Source: Eledone cirrhosa (taxonomy: Eukaryota). From it: a stretch of DNA of 64,000 nucleotides. The notes below the pieces were generated by a model that saw only the letters and a list, made by a program, of their open reading frames with translations, searched no databases and had not been told where the DNA came from. The stretch covers positions 278,194,001 to 278,258,000 of the forward strand of contig OZ024740.1 in the NCBI GenBank assembly GCA_964016885.1. Direction: 5' to 3'. Position numbers and translations under genes: made by a program. Of the stretch, positions 44,423 through 59,610 are shown piece after piece; positions within the stretch are counted from its first letter, which is position 1; each line of letters opens with the position of its first letter.

Positions 44423-45193
44423 ATATGGGTGAGAACAATACTGCTGGTTGCACATGGATAACATGTTATAAAATGAGTCCCTCATCAGTGATTTACCAAA
44501 CGATCATGGGTATTTCATCGCATTAAAAATCATATACCTCACGTTGGAGCGATAATAACTAAAATAAGTTATTAGGACAATAGAAACGCGTAAAGCGAGT
44601 GAGACAAGTAAACAACACAGGGGGAAGCTAACCGAAGATGGAAATAAACACAAGCAACATAGTTATTCTTTCAGCATAAGCTGTGTAAATATATGAGCGA
44701 GTCAGAAAACAGACCTTTCGCTAGTGAATCCGGTGTTAGAAAGAATGAAAACCGTTTTCCCAGCCAACGGGAGGAAGAAAGAAGGGGAGAAACAGGGACT
44801 GAGTGAGTGGGAGTGCGAGGAAGAGATCAGTAGAGAGAAAGAGTTAACTGACATGGCAGAGGGGACGAAAGAAAGTAAGAGAAACAGAGAGAACGAGGGA
44901 GCAGTAAGAGAGAAAGAGAGAAACACAGAATTGCAGTTTGGGTAAATATATGAAAAAATGGGTGAGAAGAATACTGCTGGTTGCACATGGATAACATGTT
45001 ATAAAATGAGTCCCTCATCAGTGATTTACCAAACGATCATGGGTATTTCATCGCATTAAAAATCATATACCTCACGTTGGAGCGATAATAACTAAAATAA
45101 GTTATTAGGACAATAGAAACGCGTAAAGCGAGTGAGACAAGTAAACAACACAGGGGGAAGCTAACCGAAGATGGAAATAAACACAAGCAACAT
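44419..45193 (-). mobile_element. Partial-tandem non-coding element, 533-bp period
   Basis: Near-identical direct repeats 44419-44660 and 44952-45193, with (TA)n flanks. Related to 54613-55218. Confidence 0.85.
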
Positions 45194-45261
45194 ATGTATA
45201 TATATATACATACACACACACACACACACATACGCACATATATAAATATATATATGCATAT

Positions 45262-45326
<65 letters not shown>

Positions 45327-45336
45327 AAACCATATA

Positions 45337-45450
<114 letters not shown>

Positions 45451-45597
45451 TATTTTCCGTTGTGTTGTAATATAAATATTACACACAGTAGATTGTCAGC
45501 TCACGTAGAGTTTGCTCGACGGTTCCAGTTGTAGTTCCAAAAGTAATCCGGAGAAAAATAGAAAGATTTGAATGGATACAGTTTAGTTGAAAGGAAT

Positions 45598-45714
45598 TTA
45601 TTGACACGTGTTTCTATAACGGTTACATAACCTAAAACAGCTATCTACAAACTTTTAGTTATGCAGACATTCAATATTTCAATGTTATTATTTACTGTCA
45701 TTTCATCAGAATAA
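45598..45714 (-). ncRNA. Type I hammerhead with extended stem II in the PLE pLTR
   Basis: ttatt-CTGATGA-aatgac..(~75 nt)..gttata-GAAA-cacgtg-TC-aataa. Confidence 0.7.
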
Positions 45715-46270
45715 TATTACTGAGGACCTATTTAGTTTTTATAGAGAATATTAGGAGGGAGGGGTGAAGTTGTTAGAAGAATAGTTGAAGGAGTGGTTTT
45801 TCGATAGCAGTGAGAATTCTTGGTGGCAGTGAGTAATTAGATTCCCATCTGTTGTTTTGACATTTTTTATAGAATATATTATTGGTTATTTTTCTAAATC
45901 TATAGAAGGATTAGAGATAGTAAAGATATGCGTGGTTGGTTTTGTGTTTGCACTTAATTAACATTCAGACTTAAATTTTTCTTTCAAGTGTACGTATCCT
46001 TTCACCCACGCATTCACACACAAATATATTTGCACACCTCTACAAAATACATATACTCACAATTCACATATTCATACTTACATATATATACACATGCATA
46101 CACATATATATACACACATGTATTCATGTACATACATACGCGCTCATGTATATACATTTTCGTACTCAACTTATCTTTATATACACACGTATAGACACAC
46201 ACATATATACATACATACTCTAGTCCATGTGTACACACATACACATACATACACATCGATATACACATAT

Positions 46271-46363
<93 letters not shown>

Positions 46364-46680
46364 TACACATATATACATATACACACATATACATATATAT
46401 ATATATATATAAGCACTTTAATACATGAATACACTTACATCTAACTATACACATCAAACATATATATATATTTACTTATTTATATACATTTTCACATATA
46501 TATACATACTTATGGACGTTTTTAGACACATTTATTATCGCATATTTGTACTTATTCTCATCAGCATATCTTTTCATTATTAGTATGGTAATTTAAGGTT
46601 ATTAATATATGTTGAGAAGAGATTGTTTTTATATTTTTCTAACTAGATTAAGGTTTATATAGTTGGGGGATGTCCCTCTT

Positions 46681-48619
46681 TTATGTAATATTCGGCTTGT
46701 AGTGGGAAAAAAGGGTTTTAGTTCTGTGACGGCAGAATAATGTTCGTTCAATTCTGTTATTCAGCAGTTTCTTCTTGTGTGTGATTATGTAATAAATCTC
46801 AAGATTACACAATTTGCAGAAATTTTGGCTCCTGGAAAAGCTTTGGGTTTTAGCTAATTTTTCCCATTTTAGGGTAAACTTTTGATTGCTATCCCTGAGC
46901 GTCCAAGCTTTTTCTGCTAAAGTTGTTACATTTCTTTGGCTCTGGTGTTTTATTGAGTAAGAATGCCTATACAATCGAAATTTAAACGATGTTGCCGTTG
47001 ATCCCACGTAATACCACTCGTTGCCTCCGGATTTAATGGTACACTTATAAATAATATTTTTTTCCAGGCAGTTATTGCCGAGGGGGCAGTTGTCAGGATA
47101 GGTGCAGTTACAGTTGTGTACGTTGGGTTTTCTCTGGAGTAGTATTGCGGACGAACTTAGGTGTGGTTTATTTATGTTCTGTAGTGTATTGTCTACTGTT
47201 TTTTTTTGTGTTCTTTGTACTTAAGTTCTTAGTGTTTTCGTTTAACCTTCTAGTATTGATCTTTTTTATGTGTTGTTCAAGGTTTAACGCTGTAGAGTAT
47301 GACAGTCTTATAGTGGTAGGGTTTAGGATTTTGTGGTATTTGTGTGATGTGGGAAAATGTCTTTTAATTATTTTAAAGAAGAGTACTGGTAAATTTGTAC
47401 TAATGGAGCTATTGTATTCGGGGTTATACCATAAGTACTCTTTGCATCGCTTTCTATTAGTTTTGTTTGTTGGTTTACTGGTGTGCATACTATGGTAGTA
47501 AGTGTGGTTTGGTGTTGTGTTATTATATCTACCTATGTGGGATTTATTTTGGGTGTTTTGATTGTTCCCATCTATGTACTCTATTTTGTTGAGGTAGCCT
47601 GCTTTACTAAGGGCGTTATCGTAGTACTCGGCGTGTTCCTTAAATACTTGTATGTTAGAAGATAGACCCGAGATTCTAAGGGAAATATTTTTAGGGATAG
47701 ATTTAATTATAGAGATGGGGTGGTTAGACCCAACATTTACGTATTTGAGATTTTCATTCAATTTATGAAACGGTTTAATCAAACCAGAGTTTAAATTGAG
47801 TGTGACATCCAGGAAGTTAACTACTTTAAGGTTGTATTCATATGTTATAGTTAGTCCTATTTCGAGTAGTAGTTTTCTTATATCTTTGCGTAGTTTTTCT
47901 AGTTTTTGGTTATTAAGGTTTTTAGCTAGGAGGAGAACATCGTCGCGGTATATTCCGCCGTGGAGATTGCTGAATTTTTCCTGGAGTCTAAAGGCGATAA
48001 ATAACCCGACAATATCAGTTATTTCCGCCGAATCGTTAGAGCCCATTGTTATGTCAAAGTTAGAGGGTCTATCTTTACGTACCCAATAACTGTTCTCAAA
48101 TTTGACTATAGTTTTCCTAGCTTCTAATATAATCTTAATTTCATCGTTTGTAAGGTCAGAGTTATCCTTAGCAAACTTAATGGCTCTATTCAAAGTTTCA
48201 GGTGATATCGATGAGTAATATTCATCGATATCAAACTGGATAAACTTAGATTTATTCTTATTGCTAATGCTATTAAACCATCTTATTGCTTCTTGGGTTT
48301 TCCCCCAGAGTTTAATGTTAACCTTAGCCTTAATTTGGGGGATGATTCTATCTAAGATATATTTGCTTATTTTACCTATATCTGATTTAGAGGGGCAGAT
48401 TAATCTAATTTTAGGGTCATTATCAAAGTTTACCTTGTGGTCCTTAAGATTGAAGGTGGGTACCGCCGGTAAGAGTGGTCCTGTCCTATCTTCGATTCCG
48501 AGATTTTTCACTATTTCGCATGCCTCATCATTGATGTGCTTAAGGGTTACTTCACTCGTTTTTCTATATTTTTTATGTAATTCTTTTCGAATGAAGTTGT
48601 TGTATGTAGTGCAATCCAT
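46681..48619 (-). pseudogene. PLE RT + GIY-YIG endonuclease, frameshifted near 47150
   Basis: LKDHK, RLICP, FIQFDIDEYYSSI, FDITMGSNDSAE, IYRDD, NFLDV, WYNP, then CNC..CPLGNNC..IIYKC..YVGST..CKLCNLE. Confidence 0.92.
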
Positions 48620-48844
48620 AGTGTACAGGTTTGATGTTTTGTCCGCTTTTACTACAACTCCTTTGGTGTTTTTAAGGTCGTCCAGTAGTTTTGTAATAAC
48701 ATTGAAATATTGAATGTCTGCATAACTAAAAGTTTGTAGATAGCTGTTTTAGGTTATGTAACTGTTATAGAAACACGTGTCAATAAATTCCTTTCAACTA
48801 AACTGTATCCATTCAAATCTTTCTATATATATATATATATATAC

Positions 48845-48915
<71 letters not shown>

Positions 48916-49014
48916 CATATATACATATACATACATATACACACATACACACGTGTACACATATACACACATATACACAGACATACACATATACACATAC
49001 ACATACACAAGTAC

Positions 49015-49049
<35 letters not shown>

Positions 49050-49096
49050 TATATATATATATATACACATAAACACATATACACACACACATACAC

Positions 49097-49151
<55 letters not shown>

Positions 49152-49166
49152 AATACACACACACAC

Positions 49167-49211
<45 letters not shown>

Positions 49212-49277
49212 CACACATATATATACATATACATACATACAAACATACACACATATACATACATACACACATATATG

Positions 49278-49332
<55 letters not shown>

Positions 49333-49512
49333 GTATATATGTATATCGTGATGATGATTTCAAACGAATGAAACAATTCTAGTCCTGTAGAAGTCATTTA
49401 TATATAATAAAGATACCTATATATTTATATATATATATATATATATATATGTTTGTGTTTATATATATTTGTATCTGTGTGTCTGCGCACGTACAAAATG
49501 TAATCAGAAATA

Positions 49513-49601
<89 letters not shown>

Positions 49602-50137
49602 TTAACAGAGAGATGATAGTTACATCTGCATAAACAATCATATCTATGGAAATTGAAAAAAGATTTGAAATAATTAAAGTTTTAAAGAAAATATAGAAAA
49701 GTATATTATTTTTGTATTTATTATATGTATTATATATATTTATATTGTTTCAAAAAATATATAGAAATATTTTGTGAATATAACTATGTATAAATATATA
49801 TTTTTATATTGATTTCTTATGTAAGCGAATAAGCATATTTATTTTTGTTTGATAGGGATGGGAAATAGACAGCTTCGGTGTTTGTGTCTAAAACAAGAAC
49901 AATACATCAACAACCTCGCTCCTGAATTCGATGTGCCGCGATCTCAACACATATAGTGCTCGCAGACCCATAACGAAAGGCAATTCCGTCTTGTAATTAC
50001 TATTGTTGGATTTTTCAGTCTAAGTAGATTTAGCTGCTATTTTGAGGATACTGCGACACTGAAAAGAGACTCTTATGTATACCATACAATACCTAAATTT
50101 AAGTATTGATATATATATATATATGTATATATATATG

Positions 50138-50430
<293 letters not shown>

Positions 50431-50538
50431 ATCATACTCTGCTCCGTATGAGCATAGAGTGCTCAACCGGCATACCGCCTATGGAATCATCTTAGACAAC
50501 TTAGACCCCGCCCCACTCAAAGAGCATGAAACTAATAA

Positions 50539-51681
50539 ACCTTTAAGAGGAATAACAGATATGCCTTCAGCCTTGATGTAGTCGCTCTCTACACCTCGGT
50601 CCCGGCACTCCCGGCCGTCAATATACTAATGGAACGCGTCCAATCCACCGACCTACACTGCTTCGGGCTCACCACCACTGACATCCACAAACTCCTATCC
50701 ATCATCGTCGACAACACCTACTTCGGATTCCTTGACCAAATATACCAACAAACCTCGAGATTGCCCATGGGATCAAGTCTATCAGGTGTGCTAGCGATCT
50801 CCTACATGGAAAACCTCGAACGCAAGGCACTCAACGCCTGCCACCCTAACGCCGTAGCCTTATTCTCAAGATACGTGGACGATATCCTCATCCTCACATC
50901 TTCCCAAGACACGGCGAACAGAATCTATGAGACGTTCAACAACACGGACGAGAACATTGACTTCAGTGTTGAACACCCCAACGAAGACGGGTCACTTGCC
51001 CTCCTCGACTTCCGAATCAACATCACGGAACAAGGAGGGATCCACTGCAACTTCTACAGAAAGGCAGCCTGCAGGGACCTATTCGTTCTCTACAAGTCCG
51101 CCCTCCCTAACAGTGCCAAAAGAGGATACATCACGAACGAGATCGCGCGTATCAAAAACAGATGCAGCGATCCCGCGAGTGGTGTCACTCATACCAAGCG
51201 ATTCCTCGAGTTGCTGGAGACGAACGGGTACCCTACCTCGATCACAGACAGAATAGGAGACACCAGACGCAAGAGACAGAGAAGCACCCAAGGCAAGTGC
51301 TTCCTTAAAATGCCACACCTGGGCGAGAAAACCACCAACGCTATCCGCAAGACTATACGGAGGGAGGGCCTCGACATCCACCTGGCCCACTCGGGCCCCT
51401 CCCTGCGAAGATGCTTCTCCAGGAAACCCGAAAAATCTACTGACGCATGCTCCCTCAGAGACTGCCCGATACGCCATGCTAACTGTTGCCTACGCACATA
51501 CGTCGTATATAAGATAGAATGTGACAGGTGCAACCAATACTACATAGGTAGCACAATTCGACCTTTGCACATCCGGATCAAGGAACACACCAAAACCAGG
51601 GCAAACGAGACAACTACACACACACACACACACACAGTAGCATTCCACCATAGGAACATACTACACTGCCAATACAGATGA
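50539..51681 (+). pseudogene. Penelope-like RT + GIY-YIG (YVDD type, non-Naiad), truncated
   Basis: FSLDVVALYTSVP (upstream in frame), LPMGSSLS, RYVDD, LLDFRI, YRK, VVYKIECDRCNQYYIGSTIRPLHIRIKEH. Confidence 0.9.
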
Positions 51682-52249
51682 ACAAGGCAACAACACACAC
51701 ACACACTCAAGCGAGACAACAACACACGCACACACACACACAGTAACATTTAACAAACAGGCAGAGAATGGACTGACAGCTAGCGCCATCCCACTCCCTC
51801 ATTCGGCCGCTGACCTCTGTACGACCGACCCCATTTCACGCGCACGCGCGCTCGGCCGAATACCTCAGATATTCAAATCAACAAACAGCGAAAGACGCGT
51901 TCCGAGTTGTCCGACAGACAACCTTTTCCCCCACCCCGGAAAAAAACCCATTTGATGGATGTGAATCCGAAATATATAGGTACTATTAAATCTCTCCCAA
52001 GGTAACTCTCTCTTGTGTTGTTACTTTTATTTTTATCCTTTATACTCTTCCCTTCATTCTACACATCTCACACATGTTATACACACCACGCATCTCAACG
52101 TACACCCACTTACATCTCTCTCTCCACCACCGGACCTTGTTACCCGGAGATTTACCCATTTGCATTGTCGAGGCTTCCAAACGACTTAAATAATAAACCT
52201 TTGTTTGTACTGCCTCTCTGTTTTTGTTACCGTTCCAGTTTCCACTATT

Positions 52250-52283
<34 letters not shown>

Positions 52284-52454
52284 CACTATTTATATATATA
52301 TGTATATATATATATGTGAACTTACTTTTGGGACATTCAATAGATTTTAAGTGCGTATACACACATACAAACACACAAAGTCACTCATACACGTTTACAC
52401 GAACATACACACAACACACACACACACACACACACATACACATATATATATATA

Positions 52455-53052
52455 CAAGCAATGGTACCCGGCGTTGCACGGGATAAGGTATTTTGGAATG
52501 CGGGCCGCCAACAGACCTAATCATGGAAAAACTGCATATGTAAAGAACAATATTTAAAAAACAATATGTAAAGAAAATAAACCGAAATCTCTGATGGCTG
52601 GATAATCTTTAAGATCTTACTCGATGAAGCCGGAAAAATGCAGGTTTTCACCTAATGCGGCCCTAGGGATCAAGAAAATGAATATTTTTTACGGGCATTA
52701 TATGCCTTGAAATTTTGGGAAAATCGTTTAGACGTAACGCCTCGAAAAAGCCCTCAAAAGCTGAAAAAATGAAGTGTTTCACCTAATTCGGGCCCTAGGC
52801 CATAAAAAAGTTGGATTTTCTTTGCTCACAGTATGAGGAAGAGACTGACTAATACATAGTTATAATTTCAAGGAAATCGGTCTGAGGTAACGCCTAAAAA
52901 AAAACCTAAAAACCTGAAAAAACGCAGTTTTACACCTAATGTGGGCCCTAGGGGATCAAAAAGTTGAATTTTCTTATGTGCATAACACTCTCTGAAATAC
53001 ACATGTAAATTTTGAAAAGGGTCGGTTGGGTATTTCTCGAGTTTTAGGGATT

Positions 53053-53113
<61 letters not shown>

Positions 53114-53431
53114 TCATACACACACAAACATACACACACACACACAGACATCCTCAGGGAAGTGACGTAATGCAGACAGCCAGACATACAGACAGATATT
53201 ATAAGGGCGCGACGTTATATGTATGTATCTATCTAAAAAGAGAAAGACTAAGAATTATAGAGAGAGATCGCTAAATCGCCTAATGCGGTCCCTAGGGCAT
53301 TGAAAATTTGAAATCGATTTTGCTCAGAACACTCCCTGAAACATAAGTATTACATGTGCAAAGTCAGTTGAGTGTTTCTCGAGTTTTGGGGATTCAAACT
53401 CACACACACGCAGACAGACATCTTCAGTTTT
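52455..53431 (-). mobile_element. Non-autonomous Helitron-like element
   Basis: Minus-strand 3' hairpin CCCGTGCAACGCCGGG followed by CTTG, internal repeats cacctaatgcggccctaggg, and a (CA)n/(GACA)n distal end. Confidence 0.65.
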
Positions 53432-53466
53432 ATATATATATATATATATATATATAATACAAATGG

Positions 53467-53513
53467 CTTCTACAGCACTAGAACTGTTTCATTCGGAGGA
53501 AATCATCAGGAAA
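53467..53513 (-). ncRNA. Type I hammerhead mini-insertion
   Basis: tttc-CTGATGA-tttc ctcc gaat-GAAA-cag ttctagtg ctg-TA-gaag. Confidence 0.75.
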
Positions 53514-53539
53514 TATATATATATATATGTGTGTGTGTA

Positions 53540-53690
<151 letters not shown>

Positions 53691-53769
53691 CCCGGGTTCA
53701 ATCGGGAGTGACCACAGTAAATAAGGTCCTCAATACATAGCAGATTATATATATTTAATATAGAAATGG

Positions 53770-53816
53770 CTTCTACAGGACTAGAACTGTTTCATTCGAG
53801 GGAAATCGTCAGGAAA
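53770..53816 (-). ncRNA. Type I hammerhead (with decayed inverted copy 53821-53867)
   Basis: tttc-CTGACGA-tttc cctc gaat-GAAA-cag ttctagtc ctg-TA-gaag, within palindrome 53752-53885. Confidence 0.75.
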
Positions 53817-53947
53817 GCCCTTTCCTGATGATATCCTTCGAATGAAACAGTTCTAGTCTTTTAGAAGCCATTTCTATATTAAATAAATATATATATATAT
53901 ATATATATACCCTTTGCCCTTACCCTATATATGTGAGTGTGTGTATG

Positions 53948-53988
<41 letters not shown>

Positions 53989-54530
53989 TTGTGCGTGTGC
54001 GCGTGTGCGCGTGTGCGTGTGTGTACGTGTGTGTGTACGTGTGTGTGTACGCGTGTGTGTATGTGTGTGTGTATTTGAAAAGTATACGGAGAAAATACAA
54101 CAGACGATGAGGGACAACGAAGTTAAATATTAGTTTCACGCCTTCATAGGAATAGTCTTAACGTTTTGGACGCTAGCCTTTTATCCGAATATAGAAATTA
54201 ATAAAGAAATAGAGAGATAGAGGAGATTGAGCAAAGGGCAGAAAGAAAAATAATTTTTCAAGAAAAAGCTGGTCTATACGTTTCGCTATCTCTTGGAAAT
54301 TAAAATACAAAATATCGACTCGCTGCACCATAACATCGCGTTGTAAATTTTGCACTAAAATACCAAAAATAAAACAGAGGGAACTCTTACAGATACTGTT
54401 ATGGAAACAACATTATTTATATCTTGTAAAAAAAAAAGCATAGAATCAAGTAGAACATGAAAACATTACATATTTTTTTTTAGTTTTAAATAAAGATAGA
54501 AAAATATATTATTTAGGAATATATAGCTCT

Positions 54531-54574
<44 letters not shown>

Positions 54575-54612
54575 TTTCTGAATTGGTTTAGCAAACAATA
54601 TATATATATATA

Positions 54613-55218
54613 TATGATAAAAATAGTCCTTCATCAGTGATTTTCAAACCTTCATTGGTATTTCATCGCTTTAAAAATCATATACCTCCAGTTGGTGCGA
54701 GCGATAGCTAAATAAAGCTATTGGGACAAGTAAATCGCGTAAAGCGAGCGAGACAAGTATTTTCCCCAGCTGCGTTTGTCTGTTTCTCTCTTACTGCTTC
54801 CCCTCTCTCTTTGTTTCTTTCACCTTCTTTCGTCCCCTCTGTCAGTTACACTTTCTCTCGACTGGCCTCTTCCTCGCACTTCCACTCACTCACTCTCTGC
54901 TTCTCCCCTTCTCACTTCCTCCCGTTTGGCCTGTAGTGGGGTCTTTTCCTGCTCACACCTCACTCGCGTCGGACAGTCTGTAGTCTCTCGCCCATGAAAT
55001 CCACACAGCTAAAGCTGATCGGACTCCCATGTGCTTGTTTTTTCTTATCTTTGCGTTGCTATCCTTCGCGCTTTATTTAGCTATCGCTCGCACCAACTGG
55101 AGGTAGAAGATTTTTAAAGCGATGAAATACCAATGAAGGTTGGAAAATCGCTGATGAAGGACTATTTTTATCATATGTAACCCATGTGCAACCACGCAGT
55201 ATTCTTTCTTCTCATGTT
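54613..55218. mobile_element. Fold-back relative of the 533-bp element
   Basis: 54613-54718 is inverted relative to 55070-55176. The internal pyrimidine tract matches 44760-44940 in reverse. Confidence 0.8.
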
Positions 55219-55235
55219 TTATATATATATATATA

Positions 55236-55563
<328 letters not shown>

Positions 55564-55601
55564 ATTAAATAAATGGAAAACTATATTTATAAAACCATAT
55601 T

Positions 55602-55667
55602 TATTTCATTATATATATTTCGGGGATATCATATTAACAATATGCTATGCCTTCATCAGACAAAATA
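55602..55667 (-). ncRNA. Type I hammerhead (inverted arm)
   Basis: Reverse complement of 56987-57052. Confidence 0.7.
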
Positions 55668-56027
55668 CAATATAAACAGTTTTATAGATAAATATATTCG
55701 ACATACCGTAATAAACATCAACTTCATTTGAAGAGGTTTACTCTAGCAGTGAAAATACAGAGAGAAAGAAAGAGAGAAAGAAAAGAGGGAAAAACGAAAG
55801 AAAGAAAGACAAAACGAAGAGAAGGAAGAAAAAGAAGAAAAAGAAAAAGAAGAAATGCATGGAACAAAATAGAGAGATGGAAAAATAGATAAAGTGAAGA
55901 GCTTCATGTAAAGAGACAGAAAGATATATATATATAGAGAGAGAGAGGAAATAGAGATAGATACATATATATATATAGAAAATTAGGTAGTGGGAGGTCA
56001 TTTTGAGTAAGTGTATCAATGATACAT

Positions 56028-56062
<35 letters not shown>

Positions 56063-56628
56063 GCTCAAGTATTAATGTAAGGGAGATATATAGAGAGATA
56101 TAGAGAGATATATAGAGAGAAAAAAATTTAAAAATATCCAGACATATTCGAGGCGTAGAAAACCCTATGTTTTAATGTATTAGTATTTATAAAACTTACA
56201 CTACACTGTAAATATCAGTATTCCTGAATGAAACAAGTATTCACAATGTGTGAAAATTCATTATCTTATGTTTAGTTTTAAAAATTCATATGTCTATGTG
56301 ACAGCTACAAATCTCAATGTGAATCCAACTGATTCACTCCGCAAATTCTAAGTTATCGGAAAACATTCTCAATGTGGTATAAAAATTTGAGCGTATTATT
56401 ATTCTTGCGATTACTCTACAAGATTATCTATCAAGCAGAAATAGAGAGCAGATTTCAATATACTAATCGAAAATATATATTATATTATAAACATAATAAT
56501 AAGTAAAAATATAGAATAGAAAACTAAAAAATATTACGAAAGAATATTACATAATAAATTTACATTTTTTTCTATATATATATCTCTCTATATCTCTCTA
56601 TATATCTCCCTTACATTAATACTTGAGC

Positions 56629-56663
<35 letters not shown>

Positions 56664-56986
56664 ATGTATCATTGATACACTTACTCAAAATGACCTCCCA
56701 CTACCTAATTTTCTATATATATATATGTATCTATCTCTATTTCCTCTCTCTCTCTATATATATATATCTTTCTGTCTCTTTACATTTTGTTCCATGCATT
56801 TCTTCTTTTTCTTTTTCTTCTTTTTCTTCCTTCTCTTCGTTTTGTCTTTCTTTCTTTCGTTTTTCCCTCTTTTCTCTCTCTCTTTCTTTCTCTCTGTATT
56901 TTCATTGCTAGAGTAAACCTCTTCAAATGAAGTTGATGTTTATTACGGTATGTCGAATATATTTATCTATAAAACTGTTTATATTG

Positions 56987-57052
56987 TATTTTGTCTGATG
57001 AAGGCATAGCATATTGTTAATATGATATCCCCGAAATATATATAATGAAATA
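56987..57052 (+). ncRNA. Type I hammerhead ribozyme
   Basis: tattttgt-CTGATGA-aggcatagcatatt gtt aatatgatatcccc-GAAA-tatata-TA-atgaaata. Confidence 0.7.
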
Positions 57053-57180
57053 AATATGGTTTTATAAATATAGTTTTCCATTTATTTAATATTGTAAATA
57101 TACTCCAAATATTTGTCGAGTGCTTTTATATCAGTTATAAATATTTACTAGTTGTAACCCAACAATTTTAAATATAACTT

Positions 57181-57229
<49 letters not shown>

Positions 57230-58030
57230 ATATACATACATATATAATATATATATATATACATTCATCGAGACACGCATTCACACACAGATACCGACGG
57301 TTTAATTGTGCGAAGACACTACCCTTTATAGAAGAAGGTGGTCTATGATAATATTTAATATAGGAGAAACCAAAGAAATGAAGTATGATTTGTTGATGCA
57401 AGATTTTGATGCAGTATCAATATTCAGTACAGTTACAACTTAATGTTATTCGTTTGTAAGATGATATGGATGTGATGTTAGCGAGTTTTGTATTATTTCT
57501 CTTGTCCAGGTATCTGAAAGTTGATTCATGGTTAGAAAGAAGGTGTTAAACTTGCCTACCAACTGCTTCAGCACCATGTTTGTGTATTCTTGTGTGTATA
57601 TTTGACAAAAATGCAAATGATAAATGGTTTCTCTTAGTTTTCTTATCCATCCTGATTAAAAATGTTTAACTATTTCTTTACAACGTGTATTGCAGATATC
57701 GCCTTGAGGTTCTTTCAGAGTGATAGCAGCTGGACATAAGATATTATGATATATCTTTATATAGTCCCCTGTGGTTTCGTCAATAACTCTTAATTTGTTA
57801 ATGGTTGTTATTTTCTGGCTTTCGTTAAAAAATAGCATGCTATGTAATGATAGTTTAGAGAAATTGGAAATTGGAATTTGGAAATTGGAATTTTCAAACT
57901 ATTTTTTAAAATTATTTTTCACTGTACATATTCCACAATGATTCTCCGTCAGAGATATAAAAGAGCTGAACGATGGTAATTGTGATAGGTGATCGTTTAC
58001 ATTATTATCGATCTCTCGTTCCATGCTAAA

Positions 58031-58224
58031 GGAAGCGGATTGGCAGTATCGGTAGAGCGTCGGACACCATGCTTTGTGGCATAGACGCCCCTTTATGTTA
58101 TGATTTCAAGTCCCGAAGGGTTTAGTTTGCATTTCATCCTTACGGGGTCAATAAGATAATGTACCAGTAACGACTTTCCCCTCGCCAAAGTGTGTTGACA
58201 TTGTGCTAAAATCGGGAACAATTA
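58031..58224 (+). mobile_element. SINE family A, diverged copy
   Basis: tggcagtatcggtaga..tttcatccttacggggtcaataa. Confidence 0.75.
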
Positions 58225-58641
58225 TTATTGATCTTTGTTGTATGAGCTTTTAGCTCGTTTTTTGATGTCTCGAAAAATAATTGGAATAGTATTTTCTATC
58301 TGTGATACCTATTTCTCCAGCTGAGAACGATATGTGGTGAAAGCTGACTGAAGTGGTTTAAGTTTAGTTGAGCTTCATTCCCGGCAATTTTTTAACCACG
58401 TTATCAGGATTTTCAAGGGCTTTTAAAAGCACCGGTTAGTTGATGAGTAAAAGATGTTTCTCTTATCTAGAACAAAAGAAACAAAACATTACAGATCTAG
58501 GTTGAGTTAGTTCGGCATAATTATCAAGAAAATAATCTCAAAATATATTTTAGTCGGTCGTCTACACTTACATATCTATTGTTGACGGGCATGTATGTAT
58601 GTATATATATGCATGCATGTATGTATATATATATGTATGTG

Positions 58642-59145
58642 TTATGTCAGGTCGCTCTCGGGTGCTATTGGTAACATGCAACCCAGTACAACCTGTCTCA
58701 TGGTCGGGTCGTCGGCGACTAAACCGGCAACCCCACCAAGCTTGCTTGTTGAGGAGAGTGATATTTGGACACCCTGCTGCATGAAATACAAGACCTCGCA
58801 AAGGGCGGAAGAATTCAGCAGAGTCAACGGCCATCCAAATAGTACTTTGTTTTCATTTGTTGACACAACACCTTTCTAGGAGAGGGAAACTCTGAAAAAA
58901 ACCAGCGGCTTCGGAAGCATCCGATGATGTTGACCAGTTCTCCTTTTCGGGTAGTGTTTTCGATGCTCAAAGAGTGGGATTGGTCGAGTGCAAGGCCTTT
59001 CCCCACTTAAAAAACCTTCGAAGCACAGGCATTGTTTGTTCAGTATATGTTACAGGTTTGTGTGGCTGGCCGTAGCCTAAAAGTCCACCAAACTCTATAA
59101 TCTGACAAGCGATTGCAAAACTCTTGGCAGAGTTTGCAGCCATCG
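58642..59145 (+). mobile_element. Bipartite non-autonomous RTE derivative (second partial copy 59215-59412)
   Basis: 58642-59035 resembles the RTE 5' UTR (reverse of 39640-40180) joined directly to an RTE-type 3' end gcagccatcgtg(tatg)n. Confidence 0.75.
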
Positions 59146-59610
59146 TGTATGTATGTATGTGTGTATGTATGCGCCAAGATATGGAAGTACTCTGTTTGGT
59201 GATTGAGCGCGTGGTTAGCACACCGGGAGTGAGAGACCTAGTCCTTGTTAGGACATCATTCTAGAAGGAAAATTCTAATGCAAAACCTGATTTTCGATAG
59301 CAGCCAATGGCATTGACCTGTTATTTTTGGATACCTTTCATCATTGTTCAGAGTGTGGGATTGGTCCAGTACAGGGCCTTTCTCCACTTAAAAAAGCTTC
59401 AAGCACAGGCATCACTTGATCTAAATGAATTTCACCTATGTTGCGTGCACATGGCCTTTTCTTTTTTCTTTCGCGGAAGCATATGCAGAAAGAAATCTAA
59501 GTTCTTTGTAGGGTTAAAACGTCATGTTCTTGCCACATAAAGGATAGCCATTCTCGAAACTGCGATGCATACATTATCATTTTTGCATATACGTGCGTTT
59601 ATGCATGCGT

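Noticed and set aside
46681-47140. Possible selenocysteine recoding, as reported for some Naiad elements
   Set aside because: The conserved Cys positions checked are TGT/TGC, with no in-frame TGA at Cys sites.
51945-51985. ggat gtga atcc GAAA tata TA ggt in the 3' region of the YVDD PLE
   Set aside because: Plausible decayed HHR, but no CUGANGA core.
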